64,000 nt of DNA from Bacillota bacterium (GTDB lineage: Bacteria > Bacillota > Ch66 > Ch109): positions 96,001-160,000 of the forward strand of contig JBMNLH010000001.1 of NCBI GenBank assembly GCA_050952625.1, in the 5' to 3' direction. Within the stretch, counting starts at the first letter, position 1. Every line of letters starts with the position of its first letter. The notes beneath the pieces were generated by a model. It worked only from the letters and a program-made list of their open reading frames with translations, had not been told where the DNA came from and ran no database searches. Both the position numbers and the translations under genes were made by a program. This document shows positions 58,489 to 64,000 of this stretch, piece by piece.

Positions 58489-58773
58489 TTAGGAGTATTT
58501 TAAACCTAGCTGTTTATTAATCATATCCACTCCTTTTTTTAAATGCTGGATTTGTTGATAAATAGTCAAATCGTCATCAGCTTTTCTTTTTTCCTTTTTA
58601 GCTTGCAGGTTTTGTTCTTGGGCAGCAATGGTCAACATGATGCCTCCTATGGCGACAATGAAGTTTCCGATAACATTAAGATCATCAGCGTCCTCTCCTT
58701 TAGATATTAACAGTGCAATGATTAAGCTAAGTATGGCTAATTTTTCCGGACTCAGGCAAGTTAGGGATAACAT
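58489..58773 (-). CDS. Small hydrophobic hypothetical protein
   Basis: Two hydrophobic segments, DDLNVIGNF...IAAQ; RBS AGGAG. Confidence 0.7.
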   Translation of the reverse strand: MLSLTCLSPEKLAILSLIIALLISKGEDADDLNVIGNFIVAIGGIMLTIAAQEQNLQAKKEKRKADDDLTIYQQIQHLKKGVDMINKQLGLKYS

Positions 58774-59070
58774 TTATACCAACTCCTATAAAGGAATATG
58801 TTTTTTAGCGGATATGCCTAAAGCAATATATTCAACGGTTCTTTTTATTGTTCCGGCTACAACATCGGGTAACAGTCAGTTAGACCCGGCTCAGATGAAA
58901 ATTGATACACTTTCAACATGGGTGAACCACCTAGGTGATTATGGAGCTTGTTAATTAGTCAAAAAAACCAATGAGGCAGAAAAGCGCGGTGAAAGTAGCC
59001 ATGGATGTCGTAATCGAACAGACTAAGCTAATGTGTCCAGAACGATTTACGGTTATAATACCACGATAAA

Positions 59071-59436
59071 ATGGAAAACCAAATCATCCAGATCATTAGC
59101 TACAATCTTTTGGCCGTCCTGATTCCGGCCTTGGTCGCTCTAGCTGTCGAGTACCTGCGCCGGAAGCTGGGTGTTGAAAAGCTAAAGCAGATTCAGGAGG
59201 AGTTGGCGGCAAAGCAGGAGTTGGCCTTATTGGCAGTCCGCTTTGTGGAGCAAGTTTACGTCGATCTGCGTGGACCGGCCAAATATCAAGCCGCAGCGGA
59301 GTGGATGGAAGCTAGAGCCAGGGAAAGGGGATTAAAACTTACGGCTGATGAGGTTAAGGGTTTGGTGGAAGCAGCCCTCCGGCAACTGAAGGATAGTTTC
59401 GGTGCGGAGTGGTCAAATGCGGCTAGTAGGAGGTAA
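59071..59436 (+). CDS. Phage holin, LL-H family-like (orphan)
   Basis: Single N-terminal TM, AVRFVEQ..G..KY..A..W and LVEAAL pattern; no other phage genes. Confidence 0.75.
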   Translation: MENQIIQIISYNLLAVLIPALVALAVEYLRRKLGVEKLKQIQEELAAKQELALLAVRFVEQVYVDLRGPAKYQAAAEWMEARARERGLKLTADEVKGLVEAALRQLKDSFGAEWSNAASRR

Positions 59437-59595
59437 TCCTTTGGGTTATGATGATAGGGATAATTTTCTAAACACTGGGGTGTAAAGTAGGTTACATGAC
59501 CGCTTACTATTGGATTTCCGAAAAATGGATGGCACAAAATGGGCACCAGTTCAAACAAAACAGCCTCCGGGCAAACTCCGGAGGCCTTGATATTC

Positions 59596-59630
59596 GTGGA
59601 GCTGATGGGGGGATTCGAACCCCCGACCTG
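59596..59630 (-). mobile_element. att-site duplication of the tRNA-Thr 3' half
   Basis: The 35 bp GTGGAGCTGATGGGGGGATTCGAACCCCCGACCTG is identical to 61255-61289. Confidence 0.9.
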
Positions 59631-59776
59631 TTGCACGAAGAGATGCTTTTATATTGCAAGAAAATTCTTGTGAATATCTTTTTATAGTAATATCTTCTAT
59701 GTTAATTGTAAGTATGCTGGTTTTGCTTTGATCAAGTACCGTTTTGGATGAATCGTCGGCCGAATTCGGATATAGT

Positions 59777-60502
59777 CTACAACAAGCCTTTTTCACGAGC
59801 AAGCTTAAGCCATACTGGGAATTCATTTAGTAATCTCTCGTATAATATTTCTTCAGAGATTTGATCTAAGTCGTTAAGGTGGAAAAAATTTGCGTTATCA
59901 ATAAATCTTCCTGTTAATTCATCTAACCTTTGTAGAAAGGGAAACTCCTCATTTCCAATTCCAACAAATTGCCAGAATATAGGCAACTTAGATGCCTCTT
60001 TAATTACGTTTGTAGCATTTCGCCGGTCAGAGTTGTTCCCGTCTGTAATAAAAATAACAAAGACAGGCTCGGTTGCAAAAACTGGTTTTTCAACTTTTAC
60101 TTCATTGTTGATAATCGATGAGGGGAAATATTTATGTACAATTCTTTTCATTACTCCCGCATATTCAGTGCGACCAAATTTGTATTTTTGGTAAATCTCC
60201 TTATCAATGTAATCATAAAAATTATTTTCGTCAATACAGCCAATCTCATGGTCTTCGTGACTAAAAAGGAAGACTTCGATGCTTCCATCGTCATCAAACT
60301 GAGAAGCTAGAGCAAGTAAGCGGTCGCTGGTTCTTTGAACTACTCCGTTTTTGTATAGGTTTCTCATTGAACCGGAATAATCCAATGCTAATGCTACCTT
60401 AGCTTTTTGACCACCAAGTTTGGCTTTTTTTACAGACAGAGAGGCTTTTTTCTTGAGGTTAATTAAGTTTTGCTTGGCTTGTTTTTCTAAGTTTATGCTC
60501 AT
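59777..60502 (-). CDS. vWA domain protein (TerF-associated type)
   Basis: ALDYSGSM (MIDAS), FDDDG, FITDG, PIFWQFVGIG, RFIDNANFF. Confidence 0.85.
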   Translation of the reverse strand: MSINLEKQAKQNLINLKKKASLSVKKAKLGGQKAKVALALDYSGSMRNLYKNGVVQRTSDRLLALASQFDDDGSIEVFLFSHEDHEIGCIDENNFYDYIDKEIYQKYKFGRTEYAGVMKRIVHKYFPSSIINNEVKVEKPVFATEPVFVIFITDGNNSDRRNATNVIKEASKLPIFWQFVGIGNEEFPFLQRLDELTGRFIDNANFFHLNDLDQISEEILYERLLNEFPVWLKLAREKGLL

Positions 60503-60628
60503 TCAAATACCACCTTTCATATAAGCATAAATACATATCCAACAAATTGACTTATTTTGTTTCCATCCCTTATCTTTCATACCGGAATATAAATTAAAAC
60601 CATCTATGTAAGCTATCAATCTTTGCAT
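60503..60628 (-). pseudogene. NYN (LabA/DUF88-like) domain N-terminal remnant
   Basis: MQRLIAYIDGFNLY..KGWK is a typical NYN start; the ORF ends after ~41 codons. Confidence 0.6.
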
Positions 60629-61255
60629 GAATTTTCTAATCCCTTTTCCTTGACAATATGTAGACTGATGAATAAAATAAAAAGAGAACAGCACCAGCAA
60701 TAGCATTGCTGGTTTGACGCTCCTTTTTTATGGAAGGGGCGTTTCATCTTTTAATCATGATTAATATGATAAATATGCTTGTTTTGATCATTTCCAAGTG
60801 TAGTAGGAGTGAGGGGAGCCCAAACTTTTATTAAGTAAATCCGCAGATTCTGCACCTAATCTTTATTATATTACATTATATTTCAATTATCGAGTACTTT
60901 TAAGATTCGTGCCACAGATTCAGGTTTATTCATTTGCCCCTATAAAGCCTTTTCAATAAAAAAGGGCATAGAAAAAGCCCTGAGAACAAATGTCTCAAGG
61001 CTGAGAATAATTCAAATTTAGCAATAACCAAGGTTTAAGACCTTCACTATATATTCCATATAATTCCCTTTGCATTTTATTCTCAAATCAGTTTTGAAAG
61101 CAAGAATTTAATATCGGGCACAATATGGGCACAAAAAACAATTTAGCTCAGGTCAAACTAGGCCTCCGGTCAAGCTTCCAGATGTTACCTTTTAAATTAT
61201 AATCACTAATGGCAAGGAATTCCAATCCTGGAACCCTTGCCATTTCTAACTAAAG

Positions 61256-61330
61256 TGGAGCTGATGGGGGGATTCGAACCCCCGACCTGCTCATTACGAG
61301 TGAGCTGCTCTACCCCTGAGCCACATCAGC
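61256..61330 (-). tRNA. tRNA-Thr(CGT)
   Basis: GCTGATGTGGCTCAGGGGTAGAGCAGCTCACTCGTAATGAGCAGGTCGGGGGTTCGAATCCCCCCATCAGCTCCA forms a cloverleaf with anticodon CGT and encoded CCA. Confidence 0.97.
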
Positions 61331-61502
61331 AGATAATCCATTTTGATTTGCTTCGTATCAGACGTACTATATTATAATGCATAGATAAGCTAGTTGGCAA
61401 GTACTCTGAAGACAACCCAGGGCTGGAGCATCAAAATTAAATTGGACCAGAGAAAAGGTGGTTACCCGGAGGTACCACCTCGATAAGGCTTAGATTCGTC
61501 GC

Positions 61503-61742
61503 TTATCTTTCTTCCCTTGTTGTTGTTTCTCTTGTCTCAACCCGATTATCTCTAAACAGCGGGATCAGAGAATAAAGTCCAGCCAGACCTACCAAAGTAT
61601 AGATGATCCGACTGGCCATGGCAGATTGACTGCCAAAAAGGGCGGCTATTAAATCGTATTGGAAAAGACCAACAAGCCCCCAGTTAAGAGCACCAATAAT
61701 TACGAGAATGAGTGCCGTTTTATCAATGGCAGAATTATTCAT
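61503..61742 (-). CDS. DUF378 family membrane protein
   Basis: LVIIGALNWGLVGLF..DL and IIYTLVGLAGLY; RBS AGGAGG before ATG 61742. Confidence 0.9.
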   Translation of the reverse strand: MNNSAIDKTALILVIIGALNWGLVGLFQYDLIAALFGSQSAMASRIIYTLVGLAGLYSLIPLFRDNRVETRETTTREER

Positions 61743-61841
61743 GATTCCACCTCCTTTCATTTTTTCTATTATTACCAGCAAGAGGCGGTGGAATACATGA
61801 AATATAAGCATCCGGCTTTAGACTGTTGCTATTAGACGGTT

Positions 61842-61958
61842 CTAAGGTTTCTGTTTAGTACCAAAAATACTCATGGCCACATTATCGTAAACAACATAAA
61901 GCAGGGTTCCGCCAATGAGTAAAATGAGACCGAGGGCAATTAGCTTGGTTATTGCCAT
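61842..61958 (-). CDS. 38-aa single-TM small protein
   Basis: Below the ORF-track cutoff: MAITKLIALGLILLIGGTLLYVVYDNVAMSIFGTKQKP with RBS GGGGG. Confidence 0.55.
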   Translation of the reverse strand: MAITKLIALGLILLIGGTLLYVVYDNVAMSIFGTKQKP

Positions 61959-62108
61959 ACGGTTCCCCCCAAAATATAAGAGTAATAAGCTACCTTATTA
62001 AGCAACGATATATATCCCTTTTTTTAATTTATTATCTACTAAAAATAATATCTTTAATCATCACCCAAGCGAATCAGGTTTTCGACTCAGAATTAGCAAG
62101 ATTTAGAA

Positions 62109-62561
62109 CTAACTCAGTTTTCCCTGAATCCTGAATGATGAAGCAAATCCATAATCTGAGGCCACGGTCCGACTGTTTTTGTGTTTCTTCTCTAGGTTAT
62201 AAGCTTGCCGGATGGTATTAACTAGTTCATCACTGGTAAAGGGCTTAGTTAGAAATTCACGGGCACCGGCCATCATCGCTCGTTTGAAGTATTCCGGTTC
62301 CCCCTGAACCGAAAGCATAATGATACTGATCGAAGGAAACCCAAGGGTAATCGCTTCACTCGCGCAAAGACCGTCCATCACCGGCATGTTAATATCCATT
62401 AATACTACATCCGGGCGCAGAACTTCTGCCTGACGGATGGCTTCTTTACCGTTGGTCGCTTCACCGATCACCTTGATGTCGGGTTCCAATTGCAACAGCC
62501 GCTTCAGGTTAGCGCGAGTCTCTGTCACATCGTCAACAATCAACACTTTTATGAAGGACAT
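62109..62561 (-). CDS. Stand-alone response regulator receiver protein
   Basis: VLIVDD, DVVLMDINMP and FLTKP motifs; no output domain. Confidence 0.88.
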   Translation of the reverse strand: MSFIKVLIVDDVTETRANLKRLLQLEPDIKVIGEATNGKEAIRQAEVLRPDVVLMDINMPVMDGLCASEAITLGFPSISIIMLSVQGEPEYFKRAMMAGAREFLTKPFTSDELVNTIRQAYNLEKKHKNSRTVASDYGFASSFRIQGKLS

Positions 62562-62646
62562 TAGACCATACCCTCCTTTTTGGTTAAAACGTTGCTTAGT
62601 ATACTTTGGATGGCCGCGTTCTCCTCCATCGCCGGTAAACTGTTTG

Positions 62647-62677
62647 AAGCCCCACTCAGGTAACTGAATGGGGCTTG
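62647..62677. terminator. Hairpin upstream of the receiver gene
   Basis: AAGCCCCACTCAG...CTGAATGGGGCTT. Confidence 0.5.
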
Positions 62678-63120
62678 TTTACCCAGGTAATCAGGGCAGG
62701 GCTTCATTTAGATATTGGGTTGGGACGGAATTAGAATTGCTTGTATTTGGGGTATATGATTTTAATTGCAATTTTAATATAGCTATAAAATTATTTTATA
62801 TAAAATTCCCCCTTTCGTTAATCTTTCATTAATTATTAACCAGATTATTAGACGCCCACTTCTATATGTGGGGGTCACCAGTCATTAAAGGGTTTGGTGA
62901 TTACTACGACCTCCCGCTTGAGATATTATATGACCTTAGTCTACCAGGGGGGGAAACAATTGGGAATCAGGCGGGAGTCTTAATCGTGGAGGGACCCGAG
63001 AAACAAAAAAGGACCCAATAGGGTCCTACAAAAAATGTCAGAATTCCAGGTGGTCCTGTAGGAATTCGGGACTATTCATCACTTTTAATTGGATAAAGTC
63101 CTGTGTTTTATATTACATAA

Positions 63121-64000
63121 TTAACCGACTGTTGAAGCCATCCTTTTGTTAAAGGGTATCCGCGCTAGCACCTCGGTTCCCCGCCCGGGCAGGGTATTGA
63201 TGCTAAATTCACCGTCGATCAATTCCACGCGTTCCCGCATGTGGATTAATCCATAACTGTCGTGGGCTCTATTCTGAACAGTTTCTAGATCAAAGCCCCG
63301 GCCATTGTCCTTAATCTGAGCGGTGACGAAATCTCGAGATATTTCAATTTTTACGCTAACATCAGTGGCCTGGGCGTGTTTACGAATGTTGGTTAAGGCT
63401 TCTTGAATCAGACGAAAGAGAGCTACTTCCAGGTATGATTCTAACCGTCTCTCCGGACCCAGAGTAATCAGTCGAACTGGCAGGTGATATCTTTCTTCAT
63501 AATCAGTGATGTAGCGCTTTAAGGTAGGAATAAGACCAAGGTCATCTAAGGCCTGAGGACGAAGATCGAAGATAATCTTACGCAGGTCCTGCAAGTTTTC
63601 CCGAACTACATCTTTTAGCTCAATTAATTCCTGGCGCACTCGATCCACATTTAGTTCCCACATTTTCTCGCAAAATTCTAACCGCAAAAAGATATTGGTC
63701 AGTGACTGAGCGGTCCCATCATGAATTTCCCGGGCCACTCGCTTGCGTTCGTCTTCCTGAGCCTGAATAACCCACCAGCCTAACTGTTGCCGTTTCTGAA
63801 ATTCATTCAATTTAACGCTAACATCATGAAGGTTGCCACTGATAAACTTTAGCATCATGCCAACTTGAGACATCAAGGCCTCTGCTTTCTTGACAATTTC
63901 CTCAAGGCTTTTTATTCTTCTTTCTAATTCATCACGGCGCTGTCTCAGGTTGGTTTCTTTTTCTCGGAGAACTGATAGCTGGATTTGAATGTTTTTGGCG
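63121..64000 (-). CDS. degS: DegS-like histidine kinase (HisKA_3), 5' end outside the window
   Basis: AQEDERKRVAREIHD, LRPQALDDLGL, QEALTN..KHA, DNGRGF, YGLIHMRER; upstream coiled coil continues to the window edge. Confidence 0.85.
   Translation of the reverse strand, partial: AKNIQIQLSVLREKETNLRQRRDELERRIKSLEEIVKKAEALMSQVGMMLKFISGNLHDVSVKLNEFQKRQQLGWWVIQAQEDERKRVAREIHDGTAQSLTNIFLRLEFCEKMWELNVDRVRQELIELKDVVRENLQDLRKIIFDLRPQALDDLGLIPTLKRYITDYEERYHLPVRLITLGPERRLESYLEVALFRLIQEALTNIRKHAQATDVSVKIEISRDFVTAQIKDNGRGFDLETVQNRAHDSYGLIHMRERVELIDGEFSINTLPGRGTEVLARIPFNKRMASTVG

Noticed and set aside
59071-59436. Intact prophage
   Set aside because: Only a holin-like gene is present; no integrase, structural or endolysin genes.
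59596-59630. Second tRNA gene
   Set aside because: Only the 3' half is present, so it is an att duplication.

Overview
64 kb from a spore-forming anaerobic Firmicute (Clostridia, Peptococcaceae-like; taxonomy inferred from gene content). 1-18.6 kb is mostly housekeeping: LysM/CAP protein, DUF1015, HisJ-like PHP, NfnAB-like transhydrogenase, cysteine desulfurase plus minimal SufC/SufB, LysR, yajC, FabK/NMO, MoxR-VWA, DUF763. 18.9-47.6 kb is a defence island. It runs: tandem WYL regulators, a small Zn-ribbon gene, a type III-A csm operon with cas6, CRISPR array 1 (24 repeats), an HNH nuclease with a hydrophobic N-terminus, two Csx1-like CARF-HEPN effectors (one with an extra C-terminal CARF-like domain), a type III-B cmr operon with cas6, two uncharacterised membrane proteins, and CRISPR array 2 (20 repeats). 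No cas1/cas2 is present. 47.9-64 kb holds a copper-amine-oxidase-N domain protein, an orphan Moco-type riboswitch, a NikR-box-preceded ABC transporter with a methyltransferase, a LysM deacetylase, decayed elements at tRNA-Thr(CGT), and a DegS-like kinase. The most novel candidate is a two-layer regulatory architecture. A motif GGAAACTTTTTTTCGG-N11-TATAAT, reminiscent of PafBC promoters, precedes the Zn-ribbon and HNH genes and is inferred to be the WYL-pair target. SigH-type promoters precede the cas operons. Several single-base frameshifts, mostly in homopolymers, suggest sequencing errors. All product calls come from motif recognition by eye; no database searches were run.
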